Below are positions 10,830 through 22,538 of a DNA stretch of 38,600 nt, in pieces. Location: NCBI GenBank assembly GCA_038087875.1, contig JAXLNO010000235.1, positions 372,001 to 410,600 of the forward strand. The letters run 5' to 3'. The translations under genes and the position numbers were made by a program. Position 1 is the stretch's first letter; every line of letters starts with the position of its first letter. This DNA comes from Malacoraja senta (taxonomy: Eukaryota). The notes below the pieces were generated by a model. It was given only the letters and a program-made list of their open reading frames with translations. It was not told the origin of the DNA and ran no database searches.

Positions 10830-11471
10830 TCATAGCAAAAGGAATTGAGTATAGGAGCAGGGAGGTTCTACTGCAGTTGTACAGGGTCTTGGTGAGACCA
10901 CACCTGGAGTATTGCGTACAGTTTTGGTCTCCTAATCTGAGGAAAGACATTCTTGCCATAGAGGGAGTACAGGGAAGGTTCACCAGACTGATTCCTGCGA
11001 TGTCAGGACTTTCATATGAAGAAAGACTGGATAGACTCGGTTTGTTCTCGCTAGAATTTAGAAGATTGAGGGGGGATCTTATAGAAACGTACAAAATTCT
11101 TAAGGGGTTGGACAGGCTAGATGCAGGAAGATTGTTCCCGATGTTGGGGAAGTCCAGAACAAGGGGTCACAGTTGAAGGATAAAGGGGAAATCTTTTAGG
11201 ACCGAGATGAGGAAAACTTTTTTCACACAGAGAGTGGTGAATCTGTGGAATTCTCTCCCGCAGAAGGTAGTTGAGGCCAGTTCATTGGCTATATTTAAAA
11301 GGGAGTTAGATGTGGCCCTTGTGGCTAAAGGGATCAGGGGGTATGGAGAGAAGGCAGGTACATGATACTGAGTTGGATGATCAGCCATGATCATATTGAA
11401 TGGCGGTGCAGGCTCGAAGGGTCGAATGGCCTACTCCTGCACCTATTTTCTATGTTTCTATGTTTCAATGT
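10830..11471 (+). mobile_element. CR1 3' fragment inserted in the Penelope minus arm
   Basis: ORF 10877-11176 and tail TCTATGTT. AACCT is duplicated at 10825-10829 and 11472-11476. Confidence 0.92.
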
Positions 11472-13396
11472 AACCTCCGCTTGGTCTCACCGATATAGAT
11501 CAGCTGACATCTAGAGCAGCGGATGCAATAGATGAGGTTGGAGGAGATGCAGGTGAACCTCTGTCGCACCTGGAACGACTGCTTGGGTCCTTGAACGGAG
11601 TCGAGGGGGGAGGTAAAGGGACAAGTGTTGCATCTCTTGCGGTTGCAAGGGAAAGTGCCCGGGGAGGGGGGAGTATGAGAGGGAAGGGAAGAATTGACAA
11701 GGGAGTTATGGAGGGAGCGGTCTTTGCGGAAGGCAGATATGGGGGGAGATGGGAAGATGTGGCGAGTGGTGGGGTCACGTTGGAGGTGGCGAAACTGACA
11801 GAGGATAACTTTTTGTATGTGACGGCTGGTGTGGTGAAAGGTGAGGACTAGGGGGACTCTGCCCTTGTTGCGAGTGGGGGGATGGGGAGAGAGAGCAGTG
11901 TTGCGGGGTATGGAAGAGACCCTGGTGCGAGCCTCATTTATGGTGGAGGAGGGGAACCCCCGTTCCCTGAATAATTAGGACATTTCAGATGTCCTGGTGT
12001 GGAACGCCTCATCCGTGGAGCAGATGCGGCGTAGACGGAGGAATTGGGAGTAGGGGATGGAGTCCTTACAGGAAGCAGAGTGGGAAGAAGTGTAGTCCAG
12101 ATAGCCATGGGAGTCAGTGGGTTTATATCAGTGGATGTCGGTCAGAAGTCTATCACCTGCAATGGAGTTAGTGAGGTCAAGGAATGGTAGGGAAGTGTCG
12201 GAAATGGTCCAGGTGTATTTGAGTGCCGGATGGAAGTTATTGGTGAAGTGGATGAAGTCAGTCAGTTTTGTGTGGGTGCAAGAGGTGACACCAAAGCAGT
12301 CGTCGATGTAGCCGAGGTAGAGGTCGAAAATGGGGCCCTGGTATGTATTGAACAAGGATTGCTCGACGTAACTGACATATAGGCAGGCATAGCTCCACTA
12401 TAAACCCACTCACTCCCATGGCTATCTAGACTACACTTCTTCCCACCTTGCTTCCTGTAAGGACTCCATCACCTATTCCCAATTCCTCCGTCTACGCCGC
12501 ATCTGCTCCACGGATGAGGCGTTCCACACCAGGACATCTGAAATGTCCTCATTATTCAGGGAACGGGGGTTCCCCTCCTCCACCATAGATGATGCTCGCA
12601 CCAGGGTCTCTTCCATACCCCGCAACACTGCTCTCTCTCCCCATCCCCCCCACTCGCAACAAGGGCAGAGTCCCCCTAGTCCTCACCTTTCACCCCACCA
12701 GCCGTCACATACAAAAAGTTATCCTCCGTCAGTTTCGCCACCTCCAACGTGACCCCACCACTCGCCACATCTTCCCATCTCCCCCCATATCTGCCTTCTG
12801 CAAACACTGCTCCCTCCATAACTCCCATGTCAATTCTTCCCTTCCCTCTCGTACTACCCCCTCCCCGGGCACTTTCCCTTGCAACCGCAAGAGATGCAAC
12901 ACTTGTCCCTTTACCTCCCCCCTCGACTCCGTTCAAGGAACCAAGCAGTCATTCCAGGTGCGACAGAGGTTTACCTGCATCTCTTCCAACCTCATCTATT
13001 GCATCCGCTGCTCTAGATGTCAGCAGATCTACATCGGTGAGACCAAGCGGACGTTGGGCGATCGTTTCGCCGAACACCTCCGCTCGGTCCGCCATAACCA
13101 AGCTGACCTCCCGGTGGCTCAGCACTTCAACTCCCCCTCCCACTCCGTCTCCGACCTCTCTGTCCTGGGTCTCCTCCATGGCCACAGCGAGCAGCACCGG
13201 AAATTGGAGGAACAGCACCTCATATTCCGTTTGGGGAGTCTGCATCCTAGGGGCATGAACATCGAATTCTCCCAATTTTGTTAGTCCTTGCTGTCTCCTC
13301 CCCTTCCTCAGTCCCCCTGCTGTCTCCTCCAATCCCCCAGCCTTCGGGCTCCTCCTCCTTTTTCCTTTCTTGTCCCTCCCCCCCCCCCACCCTCGA

Positions 13397-13433
13397 TCAG
13401 TCTGAAGAAGGGTTTTGGCCCGAAACGTTGCCT
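13397..13433 (+). ncRNA. Minimal type I hammerhead ribozyme-like core
   Basis: CTGAAGA-A-GGGT-TTTG-GCCC-GAAACGTT, downstream of the GIY-YIG stop. Confidence 0.7.
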
Positions 13434-13530
13434 ATTTCCTTCGCTCCATAGATGCTGCTGCACCCACTGAGTTTCTCCAGCATTTTGTGTACCTTCGATC
13501 TACCAGCATCTGCAGTTCCTTCTTGAACAC

Positions 13531-14115
13531 TAGGTCCTTCTGCAGTTGTACAGGGCCCTAGTGAGACCACACCTGGAGTATTGTGTGCAGTTTTGGTCCC
13601 CTAATTTGTGGAAGGCCATTCTTGCAATTGAGGGAGCCCAGCGTAGATTCACCAGGTTAATTCCCGGGATGGTGGGACTGTCATATGCTGAGAGAATGGA
13701 GCGGCTGGGCTTGTACACTCTGGAGTTTAGAAGGATGAGAGGAGATCTCATTGAAACGTATAAGATTGTTAAGGGTTTGGACACGCTAGAGGCATGAAAC
13801 ATGTTCCCGATGTGGGGGAAGTCCTGAACCAGGGGCCACAGTTTAAGAATAAGTGGTCGGCCATTTAGAACGAAGACGTGGAAACACTTTCTCACAGAGA
13901 GTTGAGAGTCTGTGGAATTCTCTGCCTCAGAGGGCGATGGAGGCCATTCCTCTGGATGCTTTCAAGAGAGTGCTAGACAGGGCTCTTAAAATAGCGGAGT
14001 CAGGGGATATGGGGAGAAGGCAGGAACGAGGTCCTGATAGGGAATGATCAGCCATGATCACATTGAATGGCGGTGCTGGCTCGAAGGGATGAATGGCCTC
14101 TACTCCTGCACCTGT
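13531..14115 (+). mobile_element. CR1 3' part (host of the palindromic Penelope)
   Basis: ORF 13546-13797 [18 protein letters not shown]...LGLYTLEFRRMRGDLIETYK. Confidence 0.88.
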
Positions 14116-14997
14116 TGACTATTGACTTCAGTAAGGCGTTCGATAAGGTGCCGCATGGTAGGCTGCTCTGGAAGGTTAGATCGCGTGGGATCCAAAGAGA
14201 GACAGCTGAATGGATAGCAAATTGGCTCCATGGAAGGAAGCAGAGAGTGATGGTGGAAGGTTGCTTCTCAGACTGGATGCCTGTGACTAGTGGTGTGCCT
14301 CAGGGTTCAGTGCTGGGCCCGTTACTGTTTGTCATCTACATCAATGATTTGGATGAGAACATACAGAGCAAGATTAGCAAGTTTGTTGATGATACAAAAG
14401 TGAGTAAATTTACATGGTAAATGGTAGAGAATTGAGGAATGCAGTTGAACAGAGGGATCTAGGAATAACTGTGCATAGTTCCCTGAAGGTGGAATCTCAT
14501 GTAGATAGGGTGGTAAAGAAAGCTTTTGGGGTGCTGGCCTTTATAAATCAGAGCATTGAATAATAGAGAGAGTACAGAGGAGATTTACTAGAATGTTGCC
14601 TGGGTTTCAGCAACTAAGTTACAGAGAAAGGTTGAACAAGTTAGGTCTTTATTCTTTGGAGCGCAGAAGGTTAAGAGGGGACTTGATAGAGGTCTTTAAA
14701 ATTATGAGCGGGTTAGACAGAGTTGACGTGGATAAGCTTTTTCCATTGAGAGTAGGGAAGATTCAAACAAGGGGACATGACTTGAGAATTAAGGGACAGA
14801 AGTTTAGGGGTAACATTAGGGGGAACTTCTTTACTCAGAGAGTGGTAGCTGTGTGGAATGAGCTTCCAGTGGAAGTGGTGGAGGCTGGTTCGATTTTATC
14901 CTTTAAAAATAGATTGGATGGGTATATGGACGGGAAAGGAATGGAGGGTTATGGTCTGAGTGCAGGTAGATGGGACTAGGGGGAAGTATTTATTTAA

Positions 14998-15034
<37 letters not shown>

Positions 15035-15139
15035 TTCGGCACGGACTTGAAGGGCCGAGATGGCCTGTTTCCGTGCTGTAATGGTTATGTGGTTATATGG
15101 TTATATGAGTGGTTTTGCAGATAGTGAAGATGGTTGTGC
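14116..15139 (+). mobile_element. CR1 RT fragment (14116-14405, 15106-15139) with a nested CR1 3' fragment (14406-15105)
   Basis: DFSKAFDKVPH and SGVPQGSVLGP motifs. TGAGT is duplicated at 14401-14405 and 15106-15110. The nested copy matches 8915-9698. Confidence 0.85.
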
Positions 15140-15369
15140 AGGCCCGTACGAAGCTTTTCAAAAAGGGCGGTGGCATGACAGGATTACAAAAAACTCAAGG
15201 TGAAATAATGTGCGCGCTGCGCACATCACGAGCGCGACGTGTGAGGTCCCTCGATGCCAGGGTCCAGGGGTTTTATATGCTTTCTGGTGCATTTTGAGCC
15301 TTATTTTGGAGCATTTTTGCACCAAATTTATGACCAAATTTCAGAAATTAACAGGAATCTGAGAGGTAG

Positions 15370-17088
15370 CTTTTTCACACAAAGGGTGTATGTAACGAGC
15401 TGCCAGAGGAGGTAGTTAAGGCTGGGACTATCTTAATGTTTAAAAGGCATTTGGACACGTACAAGGGCAGGACAGATTTAGATGGATATGGGCCAAACGC
15501 GTGTGAGTGGGACTAGTTTAGATGGGACATATTGGTCGGTGTGGGCAAGTTGGGCTGAAGGACCTGTTTCCACACTGAATCATTCTATGACTAAAAAGTG
15601 AAGAAGAAAAATTCATATAGATAAGTAGAGCAGATTTGCAAGAGGAGTGAAATGTAAAGGCAGAGAGAGGTTTATGGGTGGAAGGAATATAGGAAAGGAG
15701 GGGGGAGTGTGAATGTTACCTAAACCATTGTGAGCTACTTTGTTACGGTGTTTGCCCGCTCGTTTAACGTCTCTGCTGCCTTTGGTGATTCAGGACAAGA
15801 CACAAGCTTTGGGACACGGTGTGAAGCTGTTGCCGTCTGTCCCAACCTGGTAAAAACCTGGATGGAGTGGATTTGGAGAGTATGTTTCCACTAGTTGGAG
15901 AGTCTAGGACCAGTGGCCACAGCCTCAGAATTAAAAGACATTCCTTTAGGAAGGAGATGAGCAGAAATGTCTTAAGTCAGAGGGTGATGAACTGTGGAAT
16001 TCATTGCCACAGTCAGCTGTGGAGGTCCAGTCAATGGACATTTTCAGGAGGAGATTGATAGATTCTTGATTGATACTGGTGTCAGAGGAAATGAGGAGAA
16101 GGCAGGAGAATGTGTTTGAGTGGGAAAGATAGATAGAGTCTTAGAGTGATACAGTGTGTAAACAGGCCCTTCGGCCCAGCATCTCCCATCTGCACTCGTC
16201 CCACCTGCCCACGTTTGATCCATATCCCTCCGAACCTGTCCTATCCATGTACCTGTCTAACTGTTTCTTATATGTTACGATAGTCCCAGCCTTTACTACC
16301 TCATCTGGCAGCTTGTTCCATACACCTACCACCCTTTGTGTGAAAAACATACCCCACAGATTCCTATTAAATATTTTGCCCTTCACCTTCAACCTATGTC
16401 CTCTGCTCCTCGATTCACTTATCTGGACAAAAGACTCAACCATATCTATTCAAATCATGATTTTATACACCTCTATTAGATCATCCATAATCCTCCTGTG
16501 CTCCATGAAATAGAGTCCCAGCCTACTCAACCTCCCTATAGCTCTGGCCCTCTAGGCCTGGCAACATCCTCATAAATCTTCACTGTACCCTTTCCAGTTT
16601 GATGACATCTTTCCTATAACATGGTGTCCAGAACTGAGTACAATACTCTGAATGCAGCCTCACCAACTTCTTATGCAACTGCAACATGACCTCCCAACTT
16701 CTATACTCAGCCTGACCGGCTGAGTTACTCCAGCACTCTGTGAAACGTCACAGAACAGGGCAAGATTAGCAAGTTTGCTGATGATACAGAAGTGAGTGGT
16801 TTTGCAGATAGTGAAGATGGTTGTGAACAATTGCAGCAGGATCTGGATCAATTAGCCAGGTGGGCAGAGGAATGGTTGATGGTTGCATGGTTCCTTGAAG
16901 GTCGTGTCGCAAGTATATCAGGTGGTCAAAAAGTATTTTGGCACTTTGGCCTTCATCAGTCAGAGTATTAAGTATAGAAGTTGGGACGTCATGTTGCAGT
17001 TGTATAAGATGTTGGCGAGACCGTATTTAGAATATTGTGTTCAGTTCTGGGCACCATGTATACGAAAGATGTTAAACTGAAATTAGTG
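15370..17088. mobile_element. Cluster of older CR1 fragments (about 15370-15592 +, 15860-16135 +, 16136-16710 -, 16757-17088 +)
   Basis: FFTQRVVGVWNKLP, SKFADDT and [13 protein letters not shown] motifs. Confidence 0.75.
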
Positions 17089-17093
17089 CAGAG

Positions 17094-17575
17094 ATCCCCA
17101 TCCTGGATCAGTCCAATCAGGGTTGTGTCATCCGCAAACTTGAGAAGCTTGACTGACAGAGGTGTCAGTGGGGGTGCAGTCATTGGTGTGGCGAGAGTAG
17201 AGGAGAGAGGAGAGTACGCATCTTGCGGTGCTCCTATGCTGAGCGTACGCATCTTGCGGTGCTCCTATGCTTTCCCGTCTCCTATGCTGCTTCCGGTCAG
17301 TCAGAAAGCTGGTGATCCACCGACAGAGGGATTCAGGCACAGTCAACTCAGAAAGTTTGTGGCGTAGTAGCTCTGGCACAATGGTGTTGAATGCAGAGCT
17401 AAAGTAAACAAAAAAAATCCTCGCATAGGTCCCCTGGCGGTCTAAGTGCTGGAGGATGAAGTGTAGGCCCAGATTGACTGCGTCATCCACTGATCTATTG
17501 TCCCAAAATACAAACTGCAGAGGGTCCAGCAGGGGGATTGTGAAATCTTTCAGCTTGGCCAGCACAAGCCTTTCA
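17094..17575 (-). mobile_element. Rex1/Babar-like LINE RT fragment
   Basis: LDPLQF...NRSVDDAV...LQHLD...YARIFFVYFSSAFNTI, GAPQ and KLLKFADDTTLIGLI. Contains a small tandem duplication near 17210-17270. Confidence 0.85.
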
Positions 17576-17597
17576 TCGGTCTCGATGACAACAGAGG

Positions 17598-18290
17598 AAT
17601 GCAGGTGCGGCAGGCAGTGAAGAAAGCGAATGGTATGTTAGCATTCATAGCAAAATGATTTGTGTATAAGAGCAGGGAGGTTCTAATGCTGTTGTACTGG
17701 TTCTTGGTGAGATCACACCTGGAGTATTGCGTACAGTTTTATTCTCCTAATCTGAGGAAATATATTCTTGCCATAGAGGGAGTACAGAGAAGGTTCACCA
17801 GACTGATTCCTGGGATGGCAGGACTTTCATATGAAGAAAGACTGGATAGACTCGGCTTGCGCTCGCCAGAATTCAGAAGATTGAGGGGGGGGGGGGGGGT
17901 TCTTAGAGAAATTAACAAAATTCTTAAGGGGTTGGACAGGCTAGATGCAGGAAGATTATTCCCGATGTTGGGGAAGTCCAGGACAAGGGGTCACAGCTTA
18001 AGGATAGAGGGGAAATCCTTTAAGACCGAGATGAGAAAAACATTTTTCACACAGAGAGTGGTGAATCTCTGGAACTCTCTGCCACAGAAGGTAGTTGAGG
18101 CCAGTTCATTGGCTATATTTAAGAGGGAGTTAGATGTGGCCCTTGTGGCTAAAGGGATCAGGGGGTATGGAGAGAAGGCAGTGATGAGATACTGAGTTTG
18201 ATGATCAGCCATGATCATATCGAATGGCGGTGCAGGGTCGAAGGGCCTAATGGCCTACTCCTGCACCTATTTTCTATGTTTCTGTGTGTC
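17598..18290 (+). mobile_element. CR1 3' fragment
   Basis: ORF 17662-18195. Confidence 0.9.
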
Positions 18291-18797
18291 TATCATTGGC
18301 GTCTCCCTACCCTCGGTACAAGAACTGTTCCAGAGCCGCTGCCTGAAAAAAGCATTGAGCATAGCAAAGGACAGACTGCACCCCCTCCACACACACCTGG
18401 ATCTCCTGCCATCAGGCAAGAGATACTGTAGCATCAAAGCCCGGACAACCAGACTGCTAAACAGCTTCCTGCCACAGGCTGTGAGGCTGCTAAACTGTCA
18501 CTCCACCTGATTCTGCGGCTTTTTTTGCACTGACAATTTAATAACTCTGGCACTGGCCACTCAAATCAGCTGCCCTGGACATTTTAAGGACTGTTTTTAC
18601 TGTATTTTAATGTTGCTGTTTTACCGGCTGTTAATTATATATACTGTTTCATTAGGGACTGGATTGTTTTTACTGTTATTATGTGTGAAATGTTTATGTG
18701 CGATGCTCCGGTATTCCCTGGGAAACGTCTTCTCATTTTGCACTGTACAATTGTTGCTTTGCAAGATGACAATAAAGGTTAATTGATTGATTGCCTG
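18291..18797 (+). mobile_element. Rex1/Babar-like 3' end, copy 1
   Basis: IIGVSLPSVQELF...HPLH...LLPSGKRYCSIKARTTRLLNSFLPQAVRLLN, then AATAAA and an (ATTG)n tail. Confidence 0.85.
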
Positions 18798-19119
18798 CGA
18801 GATGCGTTGCGGCCAATCACCGACCAGCTTCCCTTTACTGAAGCAGAAGATGGCTGCAGCCACAATCACCTTTTCTCTGCTGTTTGCATAAAGTGCTTGG
18901 CAAAGAGACATTTCAGGTAACATTCTTTGCAAACCTTTTTTGAAGCTGTATGAAGTCATTTATTTCATGAATTATTTATCTTTAAAACATTTAAAAAATA
19001 ATTTTAATTCAGCAAAATGGCATCCACGTAAAAATACTGATTTCCTCAGCAAAATACTGATTTTCAGGTAATAGAATATTGAAATGCTTGGGCAAAACCT
19101 GGCACCTCTGAATATATTT

Positions 19120-19537
19120 ACTCTCACCTAGTCCCATCTACCTGCACTCAGACCATAACCCTCCATTCGTTTCCCGTCCATATACCCATCCAATTTATTT
19201 TTAAATGATAAAATCGAACCTGCCTCCACCACTTCCACTGGAAGCTCATTCCACACAGCTACCACTCTCTGAGTAAAGAAGTTCCCCTTCAGGTTACCCC
19301 TGAACATCTGTCCCTTAATTCTCAAATCATGTCCTCTTGTTTGAATGTTCCCTACTCTCAATGGGAAAAGCTTGTCCACGTCAACTCTGTCTATCCATCT
19401 CATCATTTTAAAGACCTCTATCAAGTCCCCTCTTAACCTTCTGCGCTCCAAAGAATAAAGACCTATCTTGTTCAACCTTTCTCTGTAACTTAGTTGCTGA
19501 AACCCAGGCAACATTCTAGTAAACCTCTTCTGCACCT
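19120..19537 (-). mobile_element. CR1 fragment (second subfamily)
   Basis: ORF 19128-19565 matches ORF 14593-14979. Confidence 0.88.
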
Positions 19538-19852
19538 TTATCCTTATCCTTAATAAATTTAACAATTAATTTTAATTCAGCAAAATGGGACCACGTAAAA
19601 ACACTGATTTCATCAGCAAAATACTGATTTTCAGTTAATAGAATATTGAAATGCTCGGACAAACCCTGGCACCTCTGAATATATTGTGATATCAGAAAAC
19701 TACTAAAAGCCCCTGAAAATCAAGGATCAAAGGCGGATTTTTAAAATCTAAGATTTTTTATTTTAAATGTTGGCAGGTATGACACAATACACCAACCACG
19801 GTCTGGTCAAAGTTTTATAAAGTTGCAACCTGCCTTTTAAAGTTCACATACA

Positions 19853-20078
19853 AGTTGGCGCAACAGTGGAGTTACTGCCTCACAGCGCCAGAGACCCGGG
19901 TACTGTGTGTGCAGAGTTTGTACCTTCTCCCCGGGAGTTTTATCAGAGATCTTCCGTTTCCTCCCACACTCCAAAGTCGGGCAGGTTATTGTGTAAATTG
20001 GCTTGGTAGAAGTTTAAATTGTCCCTCGTGTGTGTCTGTTAGTGTTACTGTGCGGCAAACGTCTGTGGGTACAGACTC
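19853..20078 (+). mobile_element. tRNA-derived V-SINE (HE1-like), degenerate
   Basis: Head TGGCGCA...GCCTCACAGCGCCAGAGACCCGGGT and V-domain-like GTTTCCTCCCACACTCCAAAG. Confidence 0.7.
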
Positions 20079-20083
20079 GCTAC

Positions 20084-20964
20084 AGTTGAGGCCACAGTTA
20101 TTTGGCTATATTTAAGAGGGAGTTAGATGTGGCCCTTGTGGCTAAAGGGAACAGGAGGTGTGGAGAGAAGGCAGGGCTGGGATACTGAGTTGGATGATCA
20201 GCCATGATCATATTGAATGGCGGTGCAGGCTCGAACGGCCGAATGGCCTACTCCTGCACCTATTGTCTATGTTTCTATCATTGGCGTCTCCCTACCCTCG
20301 GTACAAGAACTTTCCCAGAGCCGCTGCCTGAAAAAAGCACTGAGCATTGCAAAGGACAAACTGCACCCCCTCCACACACATCTGGATCTCCTGCCATCAT
20401 GCAAGAGATACCGTAGCATCAAAGCCTGGACTACCAGACTGCTAAACAGCTTCCTTCCACAGGCTGTGAGGCTGCTAAACTGTCACTCCACCTGATTCTG
20501 CGGCTTTTTTTGCTCTGAGAATTTAATAACTCTGGCACTGGCCACTCAAATCAGCTGCCCTGGACATTTTAAGGACTGTTTTTACTGTATTTTAATGTTG
20601 CTGTTTTACCGGCTTTTAATTATTTATACTATTTCAACAGGGACTGGATTGTTTTTACTGTTATTGTATGTGAAATGTTTATGTGCGATGCTCCGGTATT
20701 CCCTGGGAAACGTCTTCTCATTTTGCACTGTACAATTGTTGCTTTGCAAGATGACAATAAAGGTTGATTGATTGATTGCCTGGGAGATGCGTTGCGGATA
20801 ATCACCGACCAGCTTCCCTTAACTGAAGCAGAAGATGGCTGCAGCCAAAATCACCTTTTCTCTGCTGTTTGCACACAGTGCTCGGCAAAGAGACATTTCA
20901 GGTAACATTTTTTGCAAACCTTTATTGAAGCTGTATGAAGTCATTTATTTCATGAATTATTTAT
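20084..20964 (+). repeat. Second copy of an approximately 880-bp duplicated block (CR1 tail, Rex 3' end, flank); first copy 18093-18979
   Basis: Same CR1/Rex junction (TCTATCATTGGCGTCTCCC) and same downstream flank up to CATGAATTATTTAT. Confidence 0.9.
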
Positions 20965-21026
20965 AACCATGCGGCCATATAACAATTACAGCACGGAAAC
21001 CCTTCTAGTCCGTGCCGAACACTTAA

Positions 21027-22047
21027 GGCTCTGTCTCACGGTGTTGCGGTCATCGGCGTTGAAGCGCGGCGTCGCCGGTAGAGGGGACCGCACGGCAATG
21101 GCGAGAGCGCCGAGCCTATGCCACGGGAGCGCCGCACGGATGCTGCGCGGGGGCCGAGTGATTTAAGTACGGCTGGTCCCACGAGCTTGCGGTAAGTAAA
21201 AACAAAGGGCGGGCCGACTGCACTGACGTCATTTTGGATCTGCGGGGCTGTGGCGGCGGCCGTCCTGATCGCGGCGCTGGGGCGGCGTCCGTGCCGCACA
21301 CGTGCCTCACTGGCGGAGGCTGTGGCGGCGGCTGTGGCGGCGGTCGTGCCTCACTGGCGGAGGCTGTGGCAGTGCAAGTTCGACGCACGGCGCTCGTGCC
21401 ACACTGGCGGCGGCTGTGGCGGCGGCCGTCCCGCACTCGTGCCTCACTGGCGGAGGCTGTGCGGTAAAGCTCTGTCTTACGTGTTTGCGGTCATCGGCGG
21501 TGAAGCGCGGCTTCGCCTGTAGAGTGGACCGCACGGCAACGGCGAGAGCGCCGAGCCTATGCCACTGGAGCGCCGCACGGATGCTGTGCGGGGGCCGAGT
21601 GATTCAAATACGGCTGGTCCCACGTGCTTGCGGTAAGTAAAAAAAAGGGCGGGCCGACTGCGATGACGTCGGCCCGCCGCACGTGACTCACAAGCGGCGG
21701 CTGTGGCAGCGGCCGTCCTGATCGCGGCGCTGTTGCGGTGGCTGTGCCAGCGGCCGTGCCGCACACGTGCCTCACTGGCGGAGGCTGTGACGGTGAAAGT
21801 TCGACGCACGGCGCTCGAGCCACACTGGCGGCGGCTGTGGCGGCGGCCGTGCCGCACTCGTGCAGCACTGGTGGAGGCTGTGCGGTAGGAAAATATTTTT
21901 CAACGGTGTAGGTTTTATTTTAGCACCGTGCGGTGTTGGGAACAACGCTGCACGGCCCCGGAATTGTGCGTTCTCACGAGTGCGCGGTCTATGGCGGCAG
22001 ATTCTTCCCGTTTCGCCGCCAATGACCGCAGACTCGTGAGACAGGCC
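21027..22047. mobile_element. Non-autonomous TIR DNA transposon, PIF/Harbinger-like, with internal tandem duplication
   Basis: Left end GGCTCTGTCTCACGGTGTTGCGGTCATCGGCG after TAA. The right end reverse-complements to GGCCTGTCTCACGAGTCTGCGGTCATTGGCG. Units 21027-21467 and 21468-21887. Confidence 0.7.
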
Positions 22048-22538
22048 TTGTAGGAAAAGTTTTTTGAACAGTGTTGGTTTTATTTTAGCACCTGCGCCGG
22101 CCAGATCAACTCCACGGCCGGGCGGGAGGCTATACGTAGCAATGTTGCAAAATTTTGAGATTTAAAAAATAAAGTCTGCAATTTATCCCATCAGATAAAG
22201 CATAAAAAGAAGTTTAATTTGACACCTAATTCACTTTCATATCTTCAGTATTAAAAAGGTTCTGGCCATTTTCATACTCGGAAATTAGCATCTTGTTCCC
22301 TATTGCTTTTCCATTGACTTAACACAAAAGCTGTGATCGAGGACAGTTAAAAGCCCATAACTTTCTTAAAAATTAAGAGAACTTTAAGAGACTTCCGGTG
22401 GGGGCGGCATGTTGGAGTAGTCGCACTTTTCCAGCTCCCGACCTTTTCACCTCCAACTTTTATTACAGCTCAGTCTAAGTTTTTTAACCACCCACAAACA
22501 TTTAAACATCATTGTGAGTACCTCTCTATGCTGTAAAG

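Larger units (their letters stand above)
10380..13530. mobile_element. Palindromic Penelope-like (Neptune-type) insertion: minus arm 10380-12394, plus arm 12395-13530
   Basis: The minus arm encodes RT YIDD (ORF 12128-12355) through the endonuclease. The plus arm encodes a Cys-rich linker and GIY-YIG (NLIYCIRCSRCQQIYIGETKR, ORF 12589-13284). It is flanked by the direct repeat TAGGTCCTTCTGCAG at 10365-10379 and 13531-13545. Confidence 0.9.

Noticed and set aside
15140..15365. Possible DNA transposon end starting CAGGCCCGTA
   Set aside because: No partner TIR or TSD found, so it cannot be supported.
21036..21888. Many overlapping ORFs and repeats superficially like a CRISPR array or repeat protein
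   Set aside because: GC-rich internal repeats of a TIR element. There is no constant repeat with unique spacers, no cas genes, and the context is eukaryotic.
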